Shown: positions 30,664 through 40,111 of the stretch, piece by piece
How the letters are laid out: the number at the start of each line of letters is the position of its first letter
Numbering within the stretch: position 1 is the first letter of the stretch
Source: an uncultured Lachnospiraceae bacterium
Lineage (GTDB): Bacteria > Bacillota > Clostridia > Lachnospirales > Lachnospiraceae
Length of the DNA: 64,000 nucleotides
NCBI GenBank assembly: GCA_947179245.1
Contig: CAMXBD010000001.1
Location: 11,562-75,561, forward strand
Reading direction: 5' to 3'
The notes under the pieces: model-generated
Told to the model about the DNA's origin: nothing
Database searches by the model: none
What the model saw: only the letters and a program-made list of their open reading frames with translations
Translations under genes and position numbers: made by a program

Positions 30664-31353
30664 ATGAGCACATCAATAGCGATCATTACAGCCAGAGGGG
30701 GCAGCAAAAGGATTCCACGCAAAAATATCAAGGAATTTTGCGGGAAACCGATTATAGCATATTCGATAGAAGCGGCGCTTAAGGCAGGGATTTTTGACGA
30801 GGTGATGGTGTCTACGGACGATGAAGAGATTGCAGAGGTGGCGCGGGCAGCAGGAGCACGGGTGCCTTTTATGCGAAGCGAAGCAAGTGCAGGGGATTAT
30901 GCTTCCACTGATGATGTGATCATGGAAGTGCTGGAAGCGTACAGGAAACAGGGAAGGGAATTTGATACATTCTGCTGTATTTATCCCACAGCCCCTTTTG
31001 TGACGGCAGAGAAATTGCAGAAGGCAATGGGACTGTTGAAACAGGCGGACTCTGTGATGCCTGTGGTGGCGTTTTCTTTTCCGCCACAGCGCTGTATGGT
31101 GCTGAATGAGGAGGGTGAACTGCGCATGAAATGGCCGGAACATGCCACGACACGTTCGCAGGATCTGGAGCCGTATTATCATGACTGTGGGCAGTTCTAT
31201 TGCTGTAAGACCAGTCTTTTTATGGAATATAAGACAACGGATCTGCCGCATATGATACCGATGATTATGAGTGAGCTGGAAGTACAGGACATTGATAATC
31301 CTGATGATTGGGAAATAGCGGAATTGAAGTATCAGAAGATGGTCAATAAGTGA
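30664..31353 (+). CDS. pseF: Pseudaminic acid cytidylyltransferase
   Basis: IITARGGSKRIPRKNIK, VSTDD, CCIYPTAPF, RSQDL..YYHDCGQFY, QDIDN.DDW. Confidence 0.92.
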   Translation: MSTSIAIITARGGSKRIPRKNIKEFCGKPIIAYSIEAALKAGIFDEVMVSTDDEEIAEVARAAGARVPFMRSEASAGDYASTDDVIMEVLEAYRKQGREFDTFCCIYPTAPFVTAEKLQKAMGLLKQADSVMPVVAFSFPPQRCMVLNEEGELRMKWPEHATTRSQDLEPYYHDCGQFYCCKTSLFMEYKTTDLPHMIPMIMSELEVQDIDNPDDWEIAELKYQKMVNK

Positions 31354-31394
31354 TAGATATAAAGGATGAAGAAGGTTGGGAAAGGGCTGAGAAT

Positions 31395-32474
31395 ATGAAA
31401 AAAGAGTTTCGGATCGGCAAAAAGATGGTGGGTGAAAATCATCCTTGTTTCTGTGTTGCTGAGATGTCGGCGAATCACTTGAAAGATTACAACAGGGCGG
31501 TAGAGATTATCCACGCGGCGAAGGAAGCCGGTGCAGATGCAGTCAAATTACAGACTTATACGGCGGATGGTCTTTCGGTGGACAGCGATAAAGAATATTT
31601 TATGAATCATGGTGGGCTGTGGGACGGCATGACGGAATATAAGTTATATGAAGAAGCTTCGACTCCGTGGGAGTGGCAGCCGAAATTGAAAGAAATTGCA
31701 GAAGGGCTTGGGATGGAATGCTTTTCCTCGCCTTTTGATTTTGCGGCAGTTGATTTTATGAAAGAATGCGGTATGCCCGCTTATAAGATTGCATCCTATG
31801 AGATTAATGATATCCCGCTGATCCGTAAGGCGGCAGGGATGCATAAGCCGGTCATATTGGCTACCGGGGTGGCGTATGCTGAGGACATAGAGCGTGCACT
31901 TCAGGTTTGCAGTGAAGAGGGTAACGATGAAGTGATGCTCCTTAAATGTGTGTCGGCTTATCCTACGCCTTATGAGGAAATTAATCTGAATATGATTCCT
32001 ACGCTTGCTAAGACCTATGATTGTCTGGTAGGATTGTCTGATCATTCTATGGGAAGTGTTGTCCCAATCGGAGCGGCGATGCATGGAATCAAGATGGTAG
32101 AGAAACATCTGACACTGCGACGGGCAGATGGCGGTCCGGACGGGGCTTTTTCCATGGAACCGGAAGAGTTTAAGGAAATGGTAGATAATATCCGTATTAT
32201 TGAGAAAGCAAGGGGCATATCGGAGTATCGTCTGACTGAGAAACAGAAGAAGGAACATAATGGTTCACGCTCGCTCTTTGCGGTCAAAGATATTAAGGCG
32301 GGAGAAAGACTGACTCCGGAAAATATGCGTTCGATTCGTCCTCACAACGGACTTCATACGATGTATTATGAGGAAGTGCTGGGAAAAACCGCAGTTTGTG
32401 ATATTGAGAAAGGCACGCCGCTTACGTGGGGGATGATCGCTGCAACGCAACGGCAGGAATTTATAAAAGAATAA
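31395..32474 (+). CDS. pseI: Pseudaminic acid synthase
   Basis: AEMSANH, VKLQTYT, TPWEW, KIASYE, LKCVSAYP, GLSDH, EKHLTL.R.DGGPD..FS, C-terminal SAF domain. Confidence 0.92.
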   Translation: MKKEFRIGKKMVGENHPCFCVAEMSANHLKDYNRAVEIIHAAKEAGADAVKLQTYTADGLSVDSDKEYFMNHGGLWDGMTEYKLYEEASTPWEWQPKLKEIAEGLGMECFSSPFDFAAVDFMKECGMPAYKIASYEINDIPLIRKAAGMHKPVILATGVAYAEDIERALQVCSEEGNDEVMLLKCVSAYPTPYEEINLNMIPTLAKTYDCLVGLSDHSMGSVVPIGAAMHGIKMVEKHLTLRRADGGPDGAFSMEPEEFKEMVDNIRIIEKARGISEYRLTEKQKKEHNGSRSLFAVKDIKAGERLTPENMRSIRPHNGLHTMYYEEVLGKTAVCDIEKGTPLTWGMIAATQRQEFIKE

Positions 32475-32490
32475 ATAAAGGAAAATCACA

Positions 32491-33642
32491 ATGAAAGCAG
32501 TGATTGCGATTGATTCATTAAAGGGCAGCCTAAGTTCCATGGAAGCGGGGCAGGCAATTGCAGAAGGAATCTATAGGGTAGATTCGCAGGCAGAAGTGAT
32601 CGTAAGACCACTGGCGGATGGCGGAGAAGGAACCGTCGATGCGCTTGTATGCGGAATGAACGGCAAAATGCACGAAGTCCGGGTAACAGGACCGCTCGGA
32701 ATACCGGTAAACTGTAAATATGGAATCATTGAGGATACCAACACAGCGGTGCTTGAAATGTCCGGCGCGGCAGGGCTTACCTTGGTTCCGGTGGAAAAAC
32801 GGAATCCGTTGTATACGACGACTTATGGTGTCGGTGAGGTGATAAAAGACGCGATTTCCAAAGGATGCCGTCGTTTTATCATCGGCATTGGAGGCAGTGC
32901 TACAAATGACGGCGGAGCGGGGATGTTACAGGCGTTAGGATTCGGATTTCTGGATCATAACGGAAATCAGATACCGTTTGGTGCCAAAGGGCTGGAATGC
33001 CTTGAACAAATTACGGATACTTATGTGATTCCAGAACTGTCAGAGTGTGAATTTCGTATTGCCTGTGATGTGACCAATATTCTTTGCGGAGAGTCGGGGT
33101 GCAGTGCGGTGTATGGTCCCCAGAAAGGTGCATCGCCATCTATGATCGCGCAGATGGATCAATGGCTTTCTGATTATGCATCTTTGGCAAAGGAAAGGTA
33201 CCCAAAGGCGGATGTGCAGTATGCAGGATGTGGTGCGGCAGGTGGCTTGGGATTTGCATTCCTGACATTTACCAATGCAGTGTTGGAATCCGGGATTAAA
33301 ATTATTCTGGAAGAGACAAAGCTTGAACGGTACATAGAAAATGCTGACATTGTCGTGACGGGCGAGGGAAGGCTGGATGGACAGACTGTTATGGGCAAGG
33401 CTCCGATAGGCGTGGCAAGGCTTGCTGGGAAACACCATATTCCGGTTATTGCATTTGCCGGAAGCGTTACAAAAGAAGCGGTAGAATGTAATGCAAACGG
33501 GATTGATGCATTCTTCCCTGTTTTGCGTAATATTGTCACGTTGGATGAGGCGATGAAACCGGAAAACGCAATGGCGAATCTTGCGGATACGGCAGAGCAG
33601 GTGTTCCGGTTAATGAACATTCAAATGAGGAAGATAAAATGA
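32491..33642 (+). CDS. glxK: Glycerate kinase (GlxK/GarK family)
   Basis: IAIDSLKGSL, PLADGGEGT, GIGGSATNDGGAG, YGPQKGA, GAAGGLG, TGEGRLDGQT.MGK. Confidence 0.93.
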   Translation: MKAVIAIDSLKGSLSSMEAGQAIAEGIYRVDSQAEVIVRPLADGGEGTVDALVCGMNGKMHEVRVTGPLGIPVNCKYGIIEDTNTAVLEMSGAAGLTLVPVEKRNPLYTTTYGVGEVIKDAISKGCRRFIIGIGGSATNDGGAGMLQALGFGFLDHNGNQIPFGAKGLECLEQITDTYVIPELSECEFRIACDVTNILCGESGCSAVYGPQKGASPSMIAQMDQWLSDYASLAKERYPKADVQYAGCGAAGGLGFAFLTFTNAVLESGIKIILEETKLERYIENADIVVTGEGRLDGQTVMGKAPIGVARLAGKHHIPVIAFAGSVTKEAVECNANGIDAFFPVLRNIVTLDEAMKPENAMANLADTAEQVFRLMNIQMRKIK

Positions 33643-33667
33643 GGGCGCGGGATTAAAGCGCCCTTTT
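33642..33667. terminator. Hairpin between convergent genes
   Basis: AGGGCGC...GCGCCCT followed by TTT, overlapping the ATP-grasp stop. Confidence 0.55.
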
Positions 33668-34642
33668 AATTGTGAGATCAGTATATTTTAGCATGAAGAT
33701 GCCGCTCTCATAACTGCCAATATTTCTTTCGTTTGATCGTCCTGCGATATTTGTGGCGATCAGATGCGGGAAATTCACGCCGCAGTTGTAGGCGTGGGGA
33801 TAGCCGCCGCCGAAGCGGGGGTTGATCTCAGAAATATAGTATTGTCCGTCAATGCAAAAGATATCCATGTCTATAGGACCGGCTAATTCAAGCGGCTCTA
33901 TTGTTTTTTCAATCAGTTCAAAAAGTTTCTCATCGTGATAAGAGACTGATTTCTCTGTCTCTCCTGCCCGCATACGCAGTTTCTTTTTCGCAAAAATAGA
34001 TACAGGTTTCTTAGTCAGCAGATCCACATAGATATCCGCGCCAAATTCTTCGCCGTCAGCGTAATTTTGAATCATATAAGAATCTTCCTGATCATCCTGA
34101 TACTTGCAGAGCGCTTCCAGCAGAGCCGGATGCGCTACTTTCTGGATACCGATGCTGCCGCATCCGTGGGCAGGCTTTATAAAGACCGGAAGTTTCATGT
34201 GACCGGCCTCAGACTCTTTCACAAATGCCTCGAAACTATTGCAGCTTGTAATGGCGGGAAGATTGTGCTGTTTCAGGTATTGATAAAAGGCATATTTGTC
34301 CCGGCACAAATTTACAGATCCGGCTGCCGATACGATAGGCGTGATGCCTGCATCTTCAAACATCTTCCGGTGGGAAGCAATCAGATACAGCTCGTCTTCC
34401 TGTAAAGGCAGGACTGCGTCGATAGATTCCTTCCGGCAGATATCGAGGATGGTATCCAGATAGCCGGGTTCTGTCATACGGGGCACAATATAGTGCGCAT
34501 CCGTCTCATACAGCGCAGGAGCATAGGTACTGCAGTCTGTGCCGACGACTCTGCCGATACCGTTTCCTTTCTCTTTGAAATAGCGTACCAGAAGATTTCT
34601 GGTACCGCAGCTTAATATCAGAATGTTGATGGTGTTGTCCAT
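33653..34642 (-). CDS. ATP-grasp ligase (carbamoyl-phosphate-synthase-like, glycan-locus type)
   Basis: NILILSCGTRN, CRDKY, FIKP..G.GS, MRAGETEKS, SEINPRFGGGYP. Confidence 0.88.
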   Translation of the reverse strand: MDNTINILILSCGTRNLLVRYFKEKGNGIGRVVGTDCSTYAPALYETDAHYIVPRMTEPGYLDTILDICRKESIDAVLPLQEDELYLIASHRKMFEDAGITPIVSAAGSVNLCRDKYAFYQYLKQHNLPAITSCNSFEAFVKESEAGHMKLPVFIKPAHGCGSIGIQKVAHPALLEALCKYQDDQEDSYMIQNYADGEEFGADIYVDLLTKKPVSIFAKKKLRMRAGETEKSVSYHDEKLFELIEKTIEPLELAGPIDMDIFCIDGQYYISEINPRFGGGYPHAYNCGVNFPHLIATNIAGRSNERNIGSYESGIFMLKYTDLTIKRAL

Positions 34643-34656
34643 AATGTATGACCTTT

Positions 34657-35865
34657 CTATTGTTCCCACTCACTGCCCTGAACATATTCTTCCGGAGTCC
34701 ATTTCTTGCGTACCATGCGCATATCGTATCCGTTACGTACATACACAGCGGGAAAATACTGGATAAAGAGCGGGTTTAAGCTCATCGTGTAGCCGCCGAC
34801 ATTCTCGTAGATAATGCGGTCGCCGGGAACCAGTTCGGACTGATCCGTGTAGGTAAAAAGTCTGTCCACTTCCATGCAGGTGAATCCGCTGATTATCTGA
34901 CTATCCAGTATAGGGCGGGAGCCGGCACTGCACTGCTTTACATGGAATAAGTGGGATGACTTAATCATCGTCGGATCAATATTAAAGCGGCTTCCGTCGG
35001 TCATCACATAGCGGGTGCCTTTGATATCGCGGGTATCAAAGACGCTGGTCACAAAAGTGGTGCATTTAGAAATCAGAGAGATTCCCGGTTCTACAATCAG
35101 TCTGGTGTGTGCGGGTGAAAAATATCTGCCAAGCTCTTCTGCAACAGCCGGAAAATAGTCGGGATACTCCGGTCTGCCTTCCATGCCGCCGCAGTAACCG
35201 CCGCCTAAATCAATGTATTCGAGATTTAAGTCAAATTCTGCCTTTAGCTGACATGCCATCCGTGCGATTGAACGGAAAATATTTACACTACGCGACTTGC
35301 TGCTGGAATGTAGGTGCAGTCCGGTTACGGACACGTTGGGAGTATTTTGCAAAATTCCAAGAGCCTCGGCAAATTTACCGGTTTCGTAACAGAATCCGAA
35401 ACGCCCGCTGACCTCGCCCATGGTGGTTTCACCGGGACACATTTTTTCTAAGTTAAAATTGGCGCGGATACCGACTGAAAAGGGTTTGTCAGGATATTGG
35501 CTGACTAAATTAGTCAACCATCTGATTTCCTGCATGGAGTCGAGATTTACAATGCCGCCGGCAAGAAGCACATTGCAGAAAGACTGCTCTCCTTTATAGG
35601 GACCGTTGTAGATGATTTCGCTGTCCCTAAAGCCCATGTATTTAGCGAGGCTGTATTCATCCTCGGATACGACTTCGGCGTAAGCTCCTCTTTTTTTGAC
35701 ATAGGAAACAAGCCACGGAAGGGAATTGGTCTTGAAAGAATAGCCGACCAGATAGTTATTCCAGTTGGAGGACAATGAATCAACCAGCATGTCGTAATAC
35801 CGGTTCAATATCGGTTCGTCTATAACGAAATAAGGTGTCTGTATCTGCTCTGTAACAGGTGTCAT
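34657..35865 (-). CDS. Fold-type III PLP-dependent decarboxylase (LysA-like, divergent)
   Basis: YSFKTN (PLP lysine), AEVVS..E, YNGPYK, GRFG, DLGGG, EPGI, TCMEVD, GGY. Confidence 0.82.
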   Translation of the reverse strand: MTPVTEQIQTPYFVIDEPILNRYYDMLVDSLSSNWNNYLVGYSFKTNSLPWLVSYVKKRGAYAEVVSEDEYSLAKYMGFRDSEIIYNGPYKGEQSFCNVLLAGGIVNLDSMQEIRWLTNLVSQYPDKPFSVGIRANFNLEKMCPGETTMGEVSGRFGFCYETGKFAEALGILQNTPNVSVTGLHLHSSSKSRSVNIFRSIARMACQLKAEFDLNLEYIDLGGGYCGGMEGRPEYPDYFPAVAEELGRYFSPAHTRLIVEPGISLISKCTTFVTSVFDTRDIKGTRYVMTDGSRFNIDPTMIKSSHLFHVKQCSAGSRPILDSQIISGFTCMEVDRLFTYTDQSELVPGDRIIYENVGGYTMSLNPLFIQYFPAVYVRNGYDMRMVRKKWTPEEYVQGSEWEQ

Positions 35866-35911
35866 TGTGTCCGCCTTTCTGTCTCCTGACTTGCATCAAA
35901 GTTATATTGCA

Positions 35912-35940
35912 ATATTACCTTATTTTGGGGAGAGATACAA
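35912..35940 (-). promoter_or_regulatory. Possible promoter for the decarboxylase/ATP-grasp operon
   Basis: TTGTAT-17 bp-TAATAT on the minus strand. Confidence 0.45.
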
Positions 35941-35963
35941 TGCTTAGGGTGGAAAAACATTTC

Positions 35964-35992
35964 GTGACACGGATTAATGAAGTGGTTATAAT
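35964..35992 (+). promoter_or_regulatory. SigA-type promoter upstream of the DUF3990 remnant
   Basis: GTGACA-17 bp-TATAAT. Confidence 0.55.
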
Positions 35993-36029
35993 ATAATCAT
36001 TGGAAAGGAATACTGGGGGAAAATATATT

Positions 36030-36235
36030 ATGTATTTATTTCATGGCAGTAATGTATGTGTAGAAACGCCACAAATTTTAACAAACGGGCATTACAAAGA
36101 TTTTGGATTTGGCTTTTATTGTACAAATTATGAACATCAAGCTAAAAAGTGGGCATTGACAAGAAGAGGAAAATTGTATTTTGTACGGAAAAGGCACTCG
36201 GCACATTGCGATATGAAAGGAGTTATCCGGTATGA
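36030..36235 (+). pseudogene. DUF3990-family gene, internally deleted
   Basis: N-terminus MYLFHGSN...KDFGFGFYCT...QAKKWA joined out of frame to a typical C-terminus IVFCTEKALGTLRYERSYPV* (36173-36235). Confidence 0.75.
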
Positions 36236-36586
36236 CTAATATTTTCTTCGAGAACGAAGAAATTACAGAGAATGATTTATTTTTTTATGTTATATGATTG
36301 AGCGCGTTGCGAGAAAATTGCATCAAAGGAACAGATATGTGGTAAATCATATTCCGAAAGGTGAGTGGATTCCGAACTTGTTAAGGTGATTCCTACAGAG
36401 ACTCAGATGGGGAAAGTTTATATGCGCTTAATTATAGACACTTTACAGCCGGATGAGAATTATGTAGATGGGATGATAAAAGTGTATAACAATGAATTGT
36501 GTGATACTTTGGACGATTATAATTGCGGTGCTTTTTATGAGCCGTCATATTTTATTGCGCGGGCATACAATAATGGCGGATTTTAA
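36232..36586 (+). pseudogene. DUF3990-associated hypothetical gene, frameshifted and probably deleted
   Basis: ATGA-coupled start MTNIFFENEEITENDL; frameshift at T7 (36280-36286) into CYMIERVARKLHQRN; second break near 36365 into IPTETQMGKVY...FYEPSYFIARAYNNGGF*. Confidence 0.7.
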
Positions 36587-36630
36587 AATGCAAGGCGACG
36601 AAGAACGAATGAAGAAGATATTTCCATAAT

Positions 36631-36659
36631 TTGCATACTTACGCCTCATATGATAAAAT
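36631..36659 (+). promoter_or_regulatory. SigA-type promoter upstream of the ABC exporter
   Basis: TTGCAT-17 bp-TAAAAT with TG extended -10. Confidence 0.6.
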
Positions 36660-36752
36660 GTAATGATATTTTGGATTAACGCCGTTTTGAGACAATGCTT
36701 TGGAGGCGGCAGGAGAAGTGAGCGGACGTATTGCGAAAGGGTATACTGCGGT

Positions 36753-38510
36753 ATGATTAAAATATACAAAAAACTGATGGTTCTTTTGGACAGGCAGCAG
36801 AAGCAAAAGATGGTACTGCTTGTTTTCCTCATGCTGATCGGAGCTGTGTTGGAGACGGCGGGTGTTTCTATGATTCTGCCGGTCATGAATGTGGTTCTGG
36901 AGGAGGATGCCATCGCAAAACATGAATATTTGCAGGTGATCTGCCATATCTTTCAGCTGGATAATAGTAACGAACTGACGATACTTGTTATGGTTGGTCT
37001 TGTGCTTGTGTTTGTTATCAAGAATATTTTTCTGTTTATTCAACAGAAAATACAGTTAAAATTTGTATACACAAATCAGTTTGCGACTTCCAGAAGGATG
37101 ATGATTAATTTTATGCAGCGGCCGTATGAGTATTATCTCAATGCCGATACCGCGGTGATCCAGAGAAATATCACTTCGGATGTAAATAACATGTACGGTC
37201 TGATTCTGGCATTGTTACAGTTGATCAGTGAGGCAATCGTGTTTATATGCCTTGCGATAGTCAGTCTGGTGGCGGATGTATGGATGAGCCTTACGGTTAC
37301 TGCGCTTTTAGTGGCTGCGCTTCTGGTAATCAAGTGTATTTTGAAGCCTATTATGAGAAAAGCGGGGGAAGAAAATCAGGAATTTTACAGCGGCTTATAT
37401 AAATGGATTGATCAGTCTGTTATGGGAATCAAGGAGATTAAGATCGCCCGGAAGGAAAATTATTTTATCAATGAGTATTCTAAATGCGGCGCAGGATATG
37501 TAGGCGCAGTACAGCGCTATAATCTGTATAATTCGACGCCGAGATTATTGATTGAAACGCTTGCCATCGCAGGCATGATACTGTATCTGATGATACAGCT
37601 TCTGAACGGAACTGCAGCAGCAGACATCGTGCCGCAGTTAGGTCTTCTGGCAGTTGCAGCCATGAGATTGATTCCCTGTGCCAACAGGATCAACAATCAT
37701 TTGACTTCGATATCCTACTTTGAGCCGTTTTTCATGGGTGTGAGCGATAATCTTCAGGAAGAAATTCGGGATGAGAACATTGATTATGGTGAGGAAACTT
37801 ATCAAAAGAAGATTGATGTGGAGAAACTTACCATTAAGAAAGAGATTGCGCTTAGGGATATTACTTACAAATATCCCAATTCGGATGTGCTGATCTTCGA
37901 TCATGCGGACATGACAATACCCATTGGCAATGCGGTGGGAATCGTGGGGACATCCGGTGCGGGCAAGACGACGATTGTAGATATTTTACTTGGGCTTTTA
38001 CAGCTTGAGACGGGAAATATTCTGGCAGACGGAGTGGAAGTCAGGGCGCACTATGCTTCATGGCTCAAAAACATAGGTTATATTCCACAGACGATTTTTA
38101 TGATAGATTCCAGTATCCGCAAGAATGTAGCATTTGGTTACCCTGACGAGGACATAGACGATGGAAGAGTGTGGGAAGCGTTGAAAGAAGCACAGCTTGA
38201 TGAGTTTGTTAAAGGTCTTCCGGAAGGATTGGATACGGGAATCGGTGAGCGCGGCATCCGGCTGTCCGGAGGGCAGAGACAGCGAATCGGCATTGCTAGA
38301 GCGCTTTTTGAGGACCCGGAGGTGCTGGTGCTTGATGAGGCTACGTCGGCGCTTGATAACGAGACAGAGGCGGCAATCATGGATTCTATCAACAGACTGC
38401 ACGGGCGCAAGACATTGATTATCATCGCCCATAGATTACAGACGATCGAGAAATGCGACATGGTATACAGAGTGACGGATGGCAAAATTATAGAGGAGTG
38501 CAGGTCATGA
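36753..38510 (+). CDS. ABC exporter, fused permease/ATPase (PglK-like lipid-linked glycan flippase candidate)
   Basis: TM domain with an external helix after TM1; GTSGAGKT, LSGGQRQR, LVLDEATSALD, IAHRL. Confidence 0.85.
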   Translation: MIKIYKKLMVLLDRQQKQKMVLLVFLMLIGAVLETAGVSMILPVMNVVLEEDAIAKHEYLQVICHIFQLDNSNELTILVMVGLVLVFVIKNIFLFIQQKIQLKFVYTNQFATSRRMMINFMQRPYEYYLNADTAVIQRNITSDVNNMYGLILALLQLISEAIVFICLAIVSLVADVWMSLTVTALLVAALLVIKCILKPIMRKAGEENQEFYSGLYKWIDQSVMGIKEIKIARKENYFINEYSKCGAGYVGAVQRYNLYNSTPRLLIETLAIAGMILYLMIQLLNGTAAADIVPQLGLLAVAAMRLIPCANRINNHLTSISYFEPFFMGVSDNLQEEIRDENIDYGEETYQKKIDVEKLTIKKEIALRDITYKYPNSDVLIFDHADMTIPIGNAVGIVGTSGAGKTTIVDILLGLLQLETGNILADGVEVRAHYASWLKNIGYIPQTIFMIDSSIRKNVAFGYPDEDIDDGRVWEALKEAQLDEFVKGLPEGLDTGIGERGIRLSGGQRQRIGIARALFEDPEVLVLDEATSALDNETEAAIMDSINRLHGRKTLIIIAHRLQTIEKCDMVYRVTDGKIIEECRS

Positions 38511-38935
38511 AGAAACTTTGGAATTTCTGCTGGGATATGTATAGGAAATATGAAGAGGGAATCAATTACCTGATCTTTGGTTTCCTTGCTTTTGTGCTAA
38601 ATTATGTGCTTTACTATCTGTTTTCTTCCACGCTCCGTATGCATTACATGGTGGCTACGGCGCTTTCGTGGGTGCTGACGGTGGTGTTTGCCTACTGGAC
38701 GAACCGCACATTTGTCTTTAAGAGCAAAAACAAGGATGCGCAGTCTCTTGGCAAGGAATTTGCCTCTTTTATCAGTGCGAGAATTGCGACAGAAGTGCTG
38801 GAATTGGCACTTATGTTTGCAATGGTGACATTGGCGGGCATCAACGAATACTTTTCCAAATTTGTCTGTCAGGTTCTCGTGATCGTGGCGAATTATTTTC
38901 TCAGTAAACTATGGATCTTTAAAGAAAAGAAATGA
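38507..38935 (+). CDS. GtrA-family flippase
   Basis: About 140 aa, four TMs, YLIFG, FAYWTNRTFVF, NYFLSKLWIF. Confidence 0.9.
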   Translation: MKKLWNFCWDMYRKYEEGINYLIFGFLAFVLNYVLYYLFSSTLRMHYMVATALSWVLTVVFAYWTNRTFVFKSKNKDAQSLGKEFASFISARIATEVLELALMFAMVTLAGINEYFSKFVCQVLVIVANYFLSKLWIFKEKK

Positions 38936-40065
38936 CAGACCAGACAGCGTGTAAGCGCATGGAGGAATCAGGGATGCAGTCAAAACGGCAGGCGAACTTT
39001 GAATTATTGCGCATCGTGGCAATGTTAATGATTATCGTCCTTCATTATCTGAATAAAAGCAATCTGCTCCTGCTGTATACGGAGGAACATACGGCGGTGA
39101 ACTATGCCACGCATTTTATAGTGGCATTCTGCATTGTCGCGGTGAACTGCTATGTACTGCTCAGCGGGTATTTTTTGGTGGAGTCTGCATGGAAACCGGG
39201 GCGTGTGGTGTCTCTGGTGGCGCAGATTCTTTTTTATTCTCTGTTGATTCCGGTAGTTTTGATCTGTCTTGGAATAGTTTCGGCGGGAGAATTGTCGTTT
39301 TACGACTGGCTGAACTATGTATTGCCTGTAGAAACGGAACATTACTGGTTCGCCACGGCATATCTGATCATGTATGTGCTGGCGCCGCTTCTGGCAGCAG
39401 GGGCTAAAATGGTGGAAAAGAGAACTTTACAGATTGTTATCTGCGTTCTGTTACTTTTTTTCTCCGTATGGAAGTCGCTGGTTCCTGCAACTTTTGCAAC
39501 AGACCATTATGGGTATGACTATGGCTGGTTCATATGTCTGTTTCTGATCGCGGCGTACATACGTCTGTATGGCTGTCCTTTTTTGGAGAAGAAGAGAAAT
39601 GCGGTACTGCTCTATGTGGGCATGAGTCTGGGGATTTTCTTACTGGCTGCGCTGTCCGGTATTGTGGCGGAAGTACTGCACCCTTTTTCATATTATATGG
39701 ATATGCCGACTACGTACAATCATATTTTGTGTCTGTTTGGCTCCGTGGGACTGTTTATGGTGTTTAAAGATATGGAGCCGTGGGAGGGCAGAGCGGCGAA
39801 TGTGATCAGAAGGATTTCACCATACACATTCGGCGTATATCTGCTGCATGAGCATCTGCTTGTCCGCAATCAATGGATGAAGTGGCTGAATGTAGATTCG
39901 GTGTGGGGAAGCTGGATGTTTATCCCTCATATGATCGGCTGTGTCATGCTTGTCTATATAATGGGTACGGTGGTGGATTTCGTGCGGGCATGGATATTCC
40001 GGAGAGCCGGGAAACTGATGCTGCGCTTTCAGAGAAAAGACCGGAAGAACGACGATACGGTCTAA
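38932..40065 (+). CDS. Acyltransferase family 3 (membrane O-acyltransferase)
   Basis: RQANFELLRIVAM..I...H, AVNCYVLLSGYF, YWFATAY, TFGVYLLHE. Confidence 0.88.
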   Translation: MTDQTACKRMEESGMQSKRQANFELLRIVAMLMIIVLHYLNKSNLLLLYTEEHTAVNYATHFIVAFCIVAVNCYVLLSGYFLVESAWKPGRVVSLVAQILFYSLLIPVVLICLGIVSAGELSFYDWLNYVLPVETEHYWFATAYLIMYVLAPLLAAGAKMVEKRTLQIVICVLLLFFSVWKSLVPATFATDHYGYDYGWFICLFLIAAYIRLYGCPFLEKKRNAVLLYVGMSLGIFLLAALSGIVAEVLHPFSYYMDMPTTYNHILCLFGSVGLFMVFKDMEPWEGRAANVIRRISPYTFGVYLLHEHLLVRNQWMKWLNVDSVWGSWMFIPHMIGCVMLVYIMGTVVDFVRAWIFRRAGKLMLRFQRKDRKNDDTV

Positions 40066-40111
40066 AGAAGGAGCAAGACAGACGGTGGGCTTAGGAGAAA
40101 AAGCAAGGCAG

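Noticed and set aside
17019-32474. Flagellar glycosylation island
   Set aside because: No flagellin, maf or other flagellar genes in the window; cannot be excluded genome-wide.
33653-34642. carB (carbamoyl-phosphate synthase)
   Set aside because: A single ATP-grasp domain of about 330 aa, with no carA partner.
34657-35865. Housekeeping lysA
   Set aside because: EPGR, HIGS and CESGD motifs are altered and the context is a glycan locus.
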